A stretch of DNA of 64,000 bases, taken from Candidatus Eiseniibacteriota bacterium. GTDB lineage: Bacteria; Eisenbacteria; RBG-16-71-46; CAVPCR01. The translations under genes and the position numbers were made by a program. The stretch lies in assembly GCA_963823555.1 (NCBI GenBank), contig CAWGMA010000001.1:1344001-1408000 (forward strand). Direction: 5' to 3'. Under the pieces are notes generated by a model. It was not told the DNA's origin and did not search any database. It was given only the letters and a program-made list of their open reading frames with translations. Below are positions 49,039-57,977 of this stretch, piece by piece; position 1 is the first letter of the stretch; every line of letters begins with the position of its first letter.

Positions 49039-50403
49039 GTGAGCGCCGAGCATCCCCGGGGGCAGTGGCGCGAGCGTCTCGCCCGTCTCACTCACGATGG
49101 CGTGAGCGGCATGGTCGTCCGCGGCGCTGCCGGCGTGATGGCGGTCAACATCGTCGGGGTTGGCGCCGGGTTCCTGGCCCAGTTCGCCGGGGCCCGCACC
49201 CTCGGCGCCGATCGTTTCGGCATGCTGGCCTATGTCCTCTCGTGGACGACGCTGCTCATGCCGCTGGCCAAGTTCGGGCTGGATGTGGCGGCTGTACGAT
49301 TCCTGCCCGCGTTTGTTGCCAACGAGGACTGGCGACCGGCGCGCGGTCTGCTCCGGCGGTTCTTTGGGATTGCAGCCGGGATGGGTGTCCTGGTCGCGGC
49401 CGGCCTGGCCACGGCGGCATTTCTCCACCGTGGTCACGATGAAGAACTGCGGGCGACGTTCCTCGTCGGCGCCCTGGTCGTGCCCGTCCTGGCATTGACC
49501 TATGTGGTGCAGGGTTGTCTGCAAGGACTGAAGCGAGTGGTTGCCGCGCAGACCCCCCTGTCGATGACCCGCCCTCTCGTCTTTGCCGCGCTCCTCGGCG
49601 GTGCCTACGCCGCCGGCCGGCATCTGACCGCGGCGCAGGCGATGGGCCTCAACGTGGGAGCGACCCTGCTTGCGCTCACCGTCGGCGCTTTGCAGCTCAG
49701 GCGCTGGCTGCCGGCTCCGATGCGCACGGCGGTGCCGTCCTATGCCACGCGGGTCTGGCTACGCGCGTCGCTACCGATGACCGTGGTGGGTGCGATGCAC
49801 ATCCTGCTCGGTCAGGTCGATGTCGTGAGCGTGGGCGCCGCGGTCGGCACGACGTCGGCCGGCATCTACTCGGTCTGCACGCGGATCGCCCTCTTCGTCG
49901 GCTTTGGCATGGCGACAACGAGCGCCGTCGTGGCCCCGATGATCGCCGAGACCTACGCGCGCAAGGATCACGACGAGCTGGCGCGCGTCGTGCGCACCGC
50001 GACTGCGGTCGGCGTGGTCATCGCGGCTTCCGGTGTCGTCGGGCTCGCCCTATTCGGTCGCTGGATCCTGAGCTGGTTCGGGCCCGAGTTCGGCGCCGGG
50101 GCTCCGGCGCTGTGGGTGCTCGCCGGCGGGCACCTCCTCGTCACGTTGTTCGGGCCGGTCGGGTTCCTGCTCGACATGACCGGCCATCAGGATGCGAACG
50201 CGCGGGTCAATCTGGTGACGACCGCCATCACGCTCGCCCTCAACTATCCGGCGGCCAAGATCTGGGGCATGCCGGGAGCGGCCGCCGTGACCATGGGCTG
50301 CCTGCTCACGAAGCAGGTGTGGTCCTGGTTCCTGGTCGGGCGTTACGTGGGGATCCGACCGGGGCCGTTCGGGGGGCGCGCTGCGGGCACTCAGGGCGGC
50401 TAG
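49039..50403 (+). CDS. oligosaccharide flippase (Wzx/MOP family)
   Basis: ARTLGADRFG, KFGLDVAAVRFLP, AGIYSV, VVAPMIAE, L.MTGHQ; 12 or more TMs. Confidence 0.85.
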   Translation: MSAEHPRGQWRERLARLTHDGVSGMVVRGAAGVMAVNIVGVGAGFLAQFAGARTLGADRFGMLAYVLSWTTLLMPLAKFGLDVAAVRFLPAFVANEDWRPARGLLRRFFGIAAGMGVLVAAGLATAAFLHRGHDEELRATFLVGALVVPVLALTYVVQGCLQGLKRVVAAQTPLSMTRPLVFAALLGGAYAAGRHLTAAQAMGLNVGATLLALTVGALQLRRWLPAPMRTAVPSYATRVWLRASLPMTVVGAMHILLGQVDVVSVGAAVGTTSAGIYSVCTRIALFVGFGMATTSAVVAPMIAETYARKDHDELARVVRTATAVGVVIAASGVVGLALFGRWILSWFGPEFGAGAPALWVLAGGHLLVTLFGPVGFLLDMTGHQDANARVNLVTTAITLALNYPAAKIWGMPGAAAVTMGCLLTKQVWSWFLVGRYVGIRPGPFGGRAAGTQGG

Positions 50404-50472
50404 ACAGCGGTGCGGCGTCCAACGGGCAAGAGGACCGTTCGTCGGAGGTCCAAACCTGGGCTCGGGACTCGT

Positions 50473-50660
50473 TCAACGCACATCCGTACCGCGCTTGAAG
50501 CTGAAGGTCGTTGCACGCTCCTGACCGTCCATGATGCCCTCGATGCGGACGGTCAGACTGTCGTGTCCATGGCGCGTATAGACGATCCGCTGCGGGAAGT
50601 CATGCTCCTTGTTCTCGAAGACCAACTCTTCATTGCCACCTTCGAGCATGATGAATGAGA
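50473..50660 (-). pseudogene. 5'-truncated gene remnant (resembles the C-terminus of DUF6265-like proteins)
   Basis: ELVFENKEHDFPQRIVYTR...LTVRIEG is protein-like; the in-frame sequence upstream is not, and runs into the tRNA. Confidence 0.55.
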
Positions 50661-50818
50661 ACCGTACCGCCCTGGCCAGGCCTGGTGGCGCTGGGGGGTC
50701 GGAAGGCCCCATCCGGCCGCCCCCGGGAGGCTTCCCCCCGGCCGCGGTCGGCGAGGAACCCAGTCGGGCGAAACGAGGAGGCGCCGACGGATGTCTCTGC
50801 TGTCGCTGCGGTGCGGTG

Positions 50819-50895
50819 TGGTGCCCCCGGGGTGACTCGAACACCCGGCACGCGGTTTAGGAAACCGCTGCTCTATCCGCCTGAGCTACGGGGGC
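50819..50895 (-). tRNA. tRNA-Arg(CCT)
   Basis: GCCCCCGTAGCTCAGGCGGATAGAGC...TT-CCT-AA...GTTCGAGTC...CCA. Confidence 0.96.
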
Positions 50896-51093
50896 ACGGC
50901 TGGCAGTCAGTCGTGGCCGGAGGATAGCAGACGGACGCGACGGCGGGCAGGGGCGCAGGGCAAACGACTGGGTGGGGGCCGGCCCACCCTCTTGGTGGCG
51001 GTTGGCTGGCCTCACCCACCCAGCTTGCGGCCTATCTTTTCTCTCTTCTCTCTCTGCGATCTAGAATTCAATCACCTTTCCTGAGTCCCAGAC

Positions 51094-51846
51094 TCAGAAC
51101 CTCGACTTGATCGCACCCCAGGTCGTCGATTCGAGCTCGGGTGCCGTGTAGAGATCACTCGGCTTGTCGGCCAGCTTGCTCGAGGGGCTGCCGATCAGGT
51201 GACCGCTGACGACCGCGAACTGGAGCTCGAAGGTGTGGTACCGGCCTCCGGGGGTCCGCACCGTGCGGCGCACGACACCCACATCGGGCACGAGAATCTC
51301 GGAGCAGATACCCGAATCCGAGCAAGGATTCTGGTCGTAGACGATCGTGACCGACCAGGGGAATTCACCGGCCGGAACCGTGATCGGGTGTCCCTTGTTG
51401 GCGATGAATCCCTTGGTCCCATGGACGCAGTCGTCCGCCATGAGCGGCAACGACACCTTCTGCCCCTCGTAGATCGAGTGCGAGCAGCAGTACCAGGTGC
51501 CGATGAACTCGTCGTACGGAGGAGCTTTGGTCCACGGTGGGATGCTCGGCTGGAAGGTCTTGGGGTTCATCTCGCACACCCACTGACACGCGTTGTTGAG
51601 GAGATACACGTCACTGCCGTCGATGGGGAACATGTAGCCTTCCATCCGGCTGACGCGGTAGCCGTAGATGTCGATCCACTCGGCCGAGCGAACAACCGCG
51701 TTCCCCATGAACGGCGAGACATAGTACCAGTAGTTACCCGGCTGAAGAGGAAGCATGGAGCCTTCGGGAGGATCCGCGACGGCGGTCCCGAAGGTGACAG
51801 CCAGCATCGCGAGGATGGCGATGCTGGATGCGGCGGCCCTATTCAT
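51094..51846 (-). CDS. secreted Cys-rich hypothetical protein with a C-terminal TWGxIK tail
   Basis: AAGGAG RBS, Sec signal peptide (AVA-DP), ITVPAGEF..VGVV beta motif, 7 Cys, ends TTWGAIKSRF. Confidence 0.8.
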   Translation of the reverse strand: MNRAAASSIAILAMLAVTFGTAVADPPEGSMLPLQPGNYWYYVSPFMGNAVVRSAEWIDIYGYRVSRMEGYMFPIDGSDVYLLNNACQWVCEMNPKTFQPSIPPWTKAPPYDEFIGTWYCCSHSIYEGQKVSLPLMADDCVHGTKGFIANKGHPITVPAGEFPWSVTIVYDQNPCSDSGICSEILVPDVGVVRRTVRTPGGRYHTFELQFAVVSGHLIGSPSSKLADKPSDLYTAPELESTTWGAIKSRF

Positions 51847-52174
51847 GACTCAACTCCTTCTCACGTTCCCGTTGCTGCGGCCTTTCCGTCGGCCGGAGCT
51901 TCGGGGTACTGGCGGTCGCCGCACCTTGGGGGCGGCGACCGCCGCTCCCCGTTGGCGTGAACCGGTGGCGAAACCGGCGTTTCGCATCCGCTCACGTCGT
52001 TGTTGTTTACTACTCTCTCAACGATGGTGGCGATGGAGCTGAACAGGAAATCTGGGCGCCGTGGAGATTCGGCCGTGCCGAAGAAGAACAGGAGTTCGCT
52101 TTCCTACAATGAACATGACAGGTTCGATGGAGAACCTGTGCACGGCGGGAGTGTGACCGGGGGCACGATCCTCT

Positions 52175-53692
52175 TCATTCCCGGGGCGGTGGCTCGGTCG
52201 TGGTGAGGGGGTCGGCCAGCTCGTACACGCGTCCGGCTGCGACCACTCCAGCCCACGAGGCGCGGAGGTCGGGAGCACCGAAGTGACGCTTGATCAAGCG
52301 CCCGCGCAGCTCGGCCCGCGTGCCGCGCGGGGGGGCCGCGACCAGTTCCCGCCACCGGGTCTCCGTTCCCAGGGAGTCCGCTGCCGCGAGCGCTCGGTCG
52401 ATCTCGGCTCCGCTTCCGTCCGCGATCCGGGCGAGGCCGACATCGAGGCGGTAGAGGCGGTCGATGAGCTCGGCTTGGCGCGGGTAATCGCGGATCGAGA
52501 AGCCCGCCTCCTCGATCTCGTGCTGGAGAGACGCTGCCGCTTCCTCCCCGATCTTCCTCCGGACCGCGTTCCACGATGTGGGCCTCCCCTTCCCCTCTTC
52601 CCCGCAACGGCGGTATAGCTCGTCGATCATCTTCGCCCATAGCCGCGCCGTACGCCAGTCGGCACGCTCGCGGGCGAGGAAGGTGCTCAGGGCGCGACGT
52701 CGCAAGGACGACTCGATGAGGAGCGAGCATTCGTCCTCGTCACCGCGGGCGATGGCGGCGAGTCCCCGCCGCCACTCGGCGATGAGGGGCCGCGCCCAGG
52801 GCGCGATGGGATCTTTGGTGTCGGCGGCCTCGATCCATGTCAGCAATCGCTCGTTCAGTCCGAGGGCCGTGGTCACCTCACCATCCATGGTGGCGATGGA
52901 TGCTTCCGGCATCAGGCTCACGGTGCGCAGGGCGCGGAGTGGGTGACGCAGGGTGAGGTTGTCCGGCCACGGGTGTCCGCGCAGGATGAGCTCGAGAAGG
53001 AGCGCGGTCACCCCCGAGCGCACGGCGATGGCCCACGATGATGCCGTGCCCCCGGCGGCGATCACGTGCACGCGGCGCCAGCCGCGGCCGGCGTAGTTGA
53101 GGCGGCAGGTCGTGAAGACGGCGCGGTCGTGCGTGGTGTGGGGTCCCGACACGCGCGTCATGAGCTCGGCGCGGGGGGCGAGGGCGAAGCCGTCACCTTC
53201 TGGCGAGGAATCCACCACCCCGGGCTCGGTCAGGATCGTACGCGCCACCACCCAGCTGAGCAGTGCCGGCGTGAGCTGCGACGGCTCGAGGGTCGTCGGC
53301 ACGCCATAGTTCTCGTGCGTGCCGAGACTCACCTCCCCAGGTTGATGGAAGGTCGAGGCGACGGCCGGTATGACCTTGTAACCCCATTCTTCCCGGAGGC
53401 GGTCCGAGGCCCGGGTGACCAGGGCGAGGCCTGCCTTGTGGGCCGCGGCCAGGTCGAACGGGTCGGTGCACTCAGGGGTCGACAGCTCGGGCACGAATCG
53501 CGGTGGATCGAGACCGATGGCTGCCCCGTTGGCCAGGAAGAGGGTCGAGCGATGTTTCGAACCCCAGCCGAGAGCATGGGGCTGGGTCGCCCCGACGGCC
53601 GCCAGGAGGGCGCGGCCGATGGACTCGCGAACCCGGAGCAGCGGGCGGGCGCCGAGCAACGCGAGCTCGCTTTCGAGGCCCATCACGATCAC
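52175..53692 (-). CDS. divergent Pup-ligase/deamidase (PafA/Dop, PafA2) family protein
   Basis: GLESE, FLANGA...D..PE.STPEC, S.GTHENY, PRAE, WRRVHVI, PP.GTRA.LRG..I, W, DP, in the same order as in PafA. Confidence 0.85.
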   Translation of the reverse strand: MIVMGLESELALLGARPLLRVRESIGRALLAAVGATQPHALGWGSKHRSTLFLANGAAIGLDPPRFVPELSTPECTDPFDLAAAHKAGLALVTRASDRLREEWGYKVIPAVASTFHQPGEVSLGTHENYGVPTTLEPSQLTPALLSWVVARTILTEPGVVDSSPEGDGFALAPRAELMTRVSGPHTTHDRAVFTTCRLNYAGRGWRRVHVIAAGGTASSWAIAVRSGVTALLLELILRGHPWPDNLTLRHPLRALRTVSLMPEASIATMDGEVTTALGLNERLLTWIEAADTKDPIAPWARPLIAEWRRGLAAIARGDEDECSLLIESSLRRRALSTFLARERADWRTARLWAKMIDELYRRCGEEGKGRPTSWNAVRRKIGEEAAASLQHEIEEAGFSIRDYPRQAELIDRLYRLDVGLARIADGSGAEIDRALAAADSLGTETRWRELVAAPPRGTRAELRGRLIKRHFGAPDLRASWAGVVAAGRVYELADPLTTTEPPPRE

Positions 53693-53758
53693 GGGTCGAA
53701 CTCTGGAGCTGGGTGGTGGGGGGACAGGTCGGACCGGGAACGCGGAGCGGGCGGTCGA

Positions 53759-53929
53759 TCACTCGCCCGCGAGCTGCCAGAGGATCTCTCCCTGGGGGCG
53801 AGTCGTATCGTTGTCGATTCGCCGGAGAAGATTCTCCACCACCGAGGCGGCACGCGCGGGTGGGACAGCGAGCGTTGCGGCTGGAACCTCGATCTCCTGG
53901 GGAGCGGTGATTTCGAGCTTGCTGGTCAT
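53759..53929 (-). CDS. Pup/UBact-like small ubiquitin-like modifier (56 aa, ends in GE)
   Basis: Strong GAGGAGGAG RBS; MTSKLEITAPQEIEVPAATLAVPPARAASVVENLLRRIDNDTTRPQGEILWQLAGE; directly upstream of the PafA-like gene. Confidence 0.75.
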   Translation of the reverse strand: MTSKLEITAPQEIEVPAATLAVPPARAASVVENLLRRIDNDTTRPQGEILWQLAGE

Positions 53930-54012
53930 GGTGGCTCCTCCTCGGATATGGAGTGGCGGCGCGGGGCCCTGCGGACCCCGCGCCGCCCGCGGTGGTCGGC
54001 GACGACGCTTCC

Positions 54013-54041
54013 ATGATACCCGCTCGACCATTCGGAGTCAC
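54013..54041 (-). promoter_or_regulatory. putative sigma70-type promoter for the Pup-like/PafA-like cassette
   Basis: GTGACT-N17-TATCAT. Confidence 0.45.
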
Positions 54042-54153
54042 GTCGGATTGGTCGCTGGTCCGAGCTGGCCCATCGGCCCACAGCCGGGGTCGCGTCCAGC
54101 CGATGCCAAGGTGCGCAATGCGTTGGGCCAGGGCCCCATCAACTTCCGGTTCG

Positions 54154-54696
54154 TCATTCGCTGGCGTAGTCGACGAGCGCAGACACCGGATATCCCTTGA
54201 GCTTCTCCCGACCGGGCAAGAACGAGAGCTCGATGACGAAGGCGAAGCCCGCGACACGGCCACCCTGGCGCTCGATGAGCTTGCCGGCAGCGGCGGCCGT
54301 CCCGCCCGTGGCCAGGAGATCGTCGACCACGAGGACGGCCTGACCGGGGCGCACGGTGTCGCGATGCATTTCGAGGCCATCGGTGCCGTATTCCAGAGCA
54401 TAGGTCTCGCGCATGGTCTCCCACGGCAGCTTCCCCGGCTTGCGGGCCAGTGCCACCGGGAGGCCGAGCTGGGCGGCCGCCGCTCCAGCGAAGACGAATC
54501 CGCGAGCCTCGATACCGACCAGGAGCTCGGCGCCCTTGTCGCGCGCTTCGCTGGCCAGCCAATCCACCGAGCGCCGGAATGCCGGTCCGTTCAGGAGCAG
54601 AGTGGTGATGTCACGAAAGACGATACCCGGCTTTGGAAAGTCCGGAACGTTGCGGATCAGGGTGCGCAGTTCGTCCTCGAGTGAAGCTGTGGACAT
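54154..54696 (-). CDS. apt: adenine phosphoribosyltransferase
   Basis: PDFPKPGIVFRDIT, GIEARGF, RKPGKLP, YALEYG, VDDLLATGGT. Confidence 0.96.
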   Translation of the reverse strand: MSTASLEDELRTLIRNVPDFPKPGIVFRDITTLLLNGPAFRRSVDWLASEARDKGAELLVGIEARGFVFAGAAAAQLGLPVALARKPGKLPWETMRETYALEYGTDGLEMHRDTVRPGQAVLVVDDLLATGGTAAAAGKLIERQGGRVAGFAFVIELSFLPGREKLKGYPVSALVDYASE

Positions 54697-54782
54697 GGGA
54701 CCTCCTGGCAAGTGGAGTGCGAGATCGGACACTGGAGCACCCGCGCCGGGGCGCTCCAGTGTGGATGACGTGGCGACCGCCG

Positions 54783-55934
54783 CTACCCTACCACGCCGGC
54801 AGGCGGTCCGAGGCACCGGCGGGCCGCCGGGTGCGCCCCGCGGCCCGTGGTGTGACGGGTGCGGGCGACCGGCTGCTCCTCCCGGCTCGCGCTCGCATGA
54901 GCTCCGGTGAATCCCCGCAGCTTCTCCAGGGCTCGCTTCTCGATCTGACGCGTGCGCTCCCGACTGACACCGAGAAAGGCTCCTGTCTCCGCCAGCGTAT
55001 GGCAGCGCCCATCGAGGAAGCCGAAGCGGATTCGAAGCACTGCTTCCTCCTTGGTCCCGAGCCGACTGAGGAGCTGCTCCAGGCGTTCCTGCAGGCGCCG
55101 GAATTCGCTCTCCTCGGCGGGCGTGCGCGGGGGCTCGCAGCCCTCGTAGTCGATCAAGGTCTCCAGGGCCAGGTTGGGCGGGGCTGCGTCGAACGAGGTG
55201 ATGGTGGTGGCCGCCGCTCGCGTGCGTTCGACGTGCTCGACGCGCATGCCGAGAGCCGCCGCAACCTCGTCGTCATGTGGCATCCGGCCCAGCCGGTGGG
55301 ACAGGCGGCGGTCGGTCTCGATCAGGCGGCGGATGTTCTGCACGACATGCAGGGGAACGCGAACGGTGCGTACCTGTTTGGCGATGGCGCGGGTCACGGC
55401 TTGCCGGATCCACCACGAGGCATAGGTCGAGAAGCGGAAGCCGCGGCGCGGATCGAAGCGATCGACCGCGGTGATGAGCCCCAGGTTCCCCTCGGCGATC
55501 AGGTCGAGGAGTGGCAGACCGCGATCGCGATGGGCGGCTGCCAGCTTCACGACCAGGCGCAGGTTGGCGAGGATCATCCGCCGGCGCGCCCCGTCGTCGC
55601 CGCGGGCAATGGCCAGGCCCACGGCGATTTCCTCGCGTGCCGTGAGCAGGGGGACTCGACCGATCTCACGGAAGTACAGGAGCAGCGGATCTCCGGTTTC
55701 TCCTCGCCCCTGCCCTCCCCGCGCCGCTGTGAGCCGAGGACCCCAGTCAATGGAAATGTCCTCGGCCTCCGCTCGGGCCAGGAAGAGATCGAATTCTTCG
55801 AGGTCGAAGTCGGGGGACTTGACGATGCCGTCGATGATCGAGCTCGGGATCGAACCGTGCTCTCGCCCGTGATCCAGGGCGCTCTCGAGGGTGGACGAGA
55901 CGCTCGGGGCGGGGACCTCGATCGCGCTCGACAT
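54783..55934 (-). CDS. rpoS: RpoS-like (group 1/2) sigma-70 factor
   Basis: [47 protein letters not shown]....[10 protein letters not shown]; surE-pcm-sigma synteny. Confidence 0.8.
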   Translation of the reverse strand: MSSAIEVPAPSVSSTLESALDHGREHGSIPSSIIDGIVKSPDFDLEEFDLFLARAEAEDISIDWGPRLTAARGGQGRGETGDPLLLYFREIGRVPLLTAREEIAVGLAIARGDDGARRRMILANLRLVVKLAAAHRDRGLPLLDLIAEGNLGLITAVDRFDPRRGFRFSTYASWWIRQAVTRAIAKQVRTVRVPLHVVQNIRRLIETDRRLSHRLGRMPHDDEVAAALGMRVEHVERTRAAATTITSFDAAPPNLALETLIDYEGCEPPRTPAEESEFRRLQERLEQLLSRLGTKEEAVLRIRFGFLDGRCHTLAETGAFLGVSRERTRQIEKRALEKLRGFTGAHASASREEQPVARTRHTTGRGAHPAARRCLGPPAGVVG

Positions 55935-56179
55935 GGCTACCCCCCTTGGCTAGACACGCGGGCCCGGGAACGGGTCCGGCGGCAAGACGGAGGAGCCGTC
56001 TTCCCCGCGCGGACACCGCGTGAGTGTCCTGATGGACGAGAGGACCTCGCGCCGTCAGCTGCCAGCCTGCGTCAGGCGTGAGCAGGCATGCCAGTGCGGC
56101 GGACAGGAGGGGGACTTCCTGGAGGAGGGGACTTCCACCGGCACCGCCTGGACGGTGCCGCCATGGGGAGAGGATATTG

Positions 56180-56257
<78 letters not shown>

Positions 56258-56368
56258 AACACCACATCCACTCGCCGCCCGTGGGGCTCGCGAGCGCCCG
56301 GAGCATAGCACCGAGGCTCCATGAGAAACAACATCGCCGTCCCGGCGTTTTCTTCCCCCTCGGGAGCC

Positions 56369-57082
56369 TCATGGCTCGCCATCCTGGGCTCTCTGGGCGG
56401 GCGGCTCGGAATCAGGGCTGCCGGGAACGAGGGGCACGAAACGGCACGGGCACAGGGTCTGGGCCTCGAGCTCCCGGCCGTGGCGGCTCCAGACGGTCAG
56501 GATCTGTGTTTCCGCCTCCGGGCCGAGCGGCAGTACGAGGCGGCCGCCGTCAGCGAGCTGCTCGGCCAGAGCCAGGGGCAGCTCAGGGGCGGCGGCAGAC
56601 ACGAGAACGGCATCGAAAGGGGCATCATCTGGATGACCTCTGGCGCCGTCGCCGACCAGGATCTCGCAGTGGTCGAGACCGAGAACCTCGAGACGGTCTC
56701 GCGCCGCGGAGGCCAGTTCGGGGATGCGCTCGATGCCGACGACCCAGTTGGCAAGATGCGCCAGGACCGCCGTCGCGTATCCCGACCCCGAGCCGACGTC
56801 GAGAACCGTTTCCCGTCCTCTGAGTTCGAGCGCCTCGACCATGAGGGCTACGATGTAGGGCTGCGAGATGGTCTGCCCATGACCGATCGGCAGGGCCCGA
56901 TCCGCATAGGCCTCATCCCGTAGGTCGGGAGGGACGAAGAGCTCTCTCGGGACGGCATCCATGGCGGCGAGGACCCGCTCGTCGCGAATGCCTCGGCCGC
57001 GCAGATCATGCGTGATCATCCGCTCGCGATCGGCCGCCAGGTCCGCCGCGGGCCGGTGCGGGAAGAACTCGCGGAAGATCAT
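56369..57082 (-). CDS. pcm: protein-L-isoaspartate O-methyltransferase
   Basis: VPRELFV, IGHGQTISQPY, VLDVGSGSGY, APFDAVLV, FVPLV. Confidence 0.95.
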   Translation of the reverse strand: MIFREFFPHRPAADLAADRERMITHDLRGRGIRDERVLAAMDAVPRELFVPPDLRDEAYADRALPIGHGQTISQPYIVALMVEALELRGRETVLDVGSGSGYATAVLAHLANWVVGIERIPELASAARDRLEVLGLDHCEILVGDGARGHPDDAPFDAVLVSAAAPELPLALAEQLADGGRLVLPLGPEAETQILTVWSRHGRELEAQTLCPCRFVPLVPGSPDSEPPAQRAQDGEP

Positions 57083-57098
57083 CGCCGGCGTGCCCCCT

Positions 57099-57977
57099 TC
57101 ATGGCCCGAGTCCCGTCAGGTCCCAGGCTGCGATGCGCTCCAGGCCATCATAGTCCGTCCGGTCGAGACGGAGCGGCGTGATGGACACCCTCCCCTCCTC
57201 GATCGCCGCGAAATCGGTCTCCTCGTGGCCGGCCCCGCGCTCCCAGATGGGTGTCTCGCCGCCTATCCAGTAGTAGGGCCGGCCGTGGGGATCGACCTTG
57301 GCCACGACGATATCGCGGTAGATGCGCTTGCCGAGCCGGGTCACCGCGAAGCCGCCGATCTCGTCCCGCCGCCGCGCCGGGATGTTCACGTTGAGCAGGA
57401 GCCCATTGTCCTCGGGCGGGCGCTCCGCGTTCGCCTGGCCCACGGCGCCGAGCGCGATGAGACGCGCCGCGAGGAGGGCGGTGAGCGCCCCGGCATGGGG
57501 CAGGTCGCGCTCGGGCTCGCGTCCGAGCGAGACCGCGATCGCGGGGATGCCCAGGCGATGCCCTTCGACAGCAGCCGCCACGGTGCCCGAGTAGTTGACG
57601 TCGTCGCCCAGGTTGGGCCCGTGGTTGATGCCGGAGACGAGAAGGTCAGGGTACCTCTCCAGCACGCCGTGCACCGCCAACAGGACGCAGTCGGTCGGAG
57701 TGCCGTCGACCGAGATCACGTCCGGCGCCAGCTGCGTCATGCGCAGCGGATGATGCAGGGTCAAGGCGTGGCTCTTCGCCGACTGCTCCCGATCGGGGGC
57801 CACACAGACCACGCGGCCCAGGGACGCGAGCGCATGGCGCAAGCAGTCGAGGCCCGGGGCGCTCACCCCATCGTCATTGGTGACCAGGATCAGGCGTTCC
57901 GGATCTCCGGCATGGGCGGCACGATCGCCGGCCGGTTCGCCCGGCCGGGGAAGAGGAGCTTTGGGATCAGCGGGCAC
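57099..57977 (-). CDS. surE: 5'/3'-nucleotidase SurE
   Basis: ILVTNDDG, GTPTDCV, VSGINHGPNLG, YSGTVAAA, SITPL. Confidence 0.96.
   Translation of the reverse strand: MPADPKAPLPRPGEPAGDRAAHAGDPERLILVTNDDGVSAPGLDCLRHALASLGRVVCVAPDREQSAKSHALTLHHPLRMTQLAPDVISVDGTPTDCVLLAVHGVLERYPDLLVSGINHGPNLGDDVNYSGTVAAAVEGHRLGIPAIAVSLGREPERDLPHAGALTALLAARLIALGAVGQANAERPPEDNGLLLNVNIPARRRDEIGGFAVTRLGKRIYRDIVVAKVDPHGRPYYWIGGETPIWERGAGHEETDFAAIEEGRVSITPLRLDRTDYDGLERIAAWDLTGLGP

Noticed and set aside
50660..50818. Possible HDV-like/theta ribozyme after tRNA-Arg(CCT) (TCCTCG loop-like sequences)
   Set aside because: I could not build the P1/P2 pseudoknot pairings or a cleavage-site G at the tRNA end; simple GC hairpins explain the sequence.
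53759..54031. 90-aa version of the Pup-like ORF from the ORF track
   Set aside because: The upstream extension spans the putative promoter and hairpin; the strong RBS points to ATG 53929.
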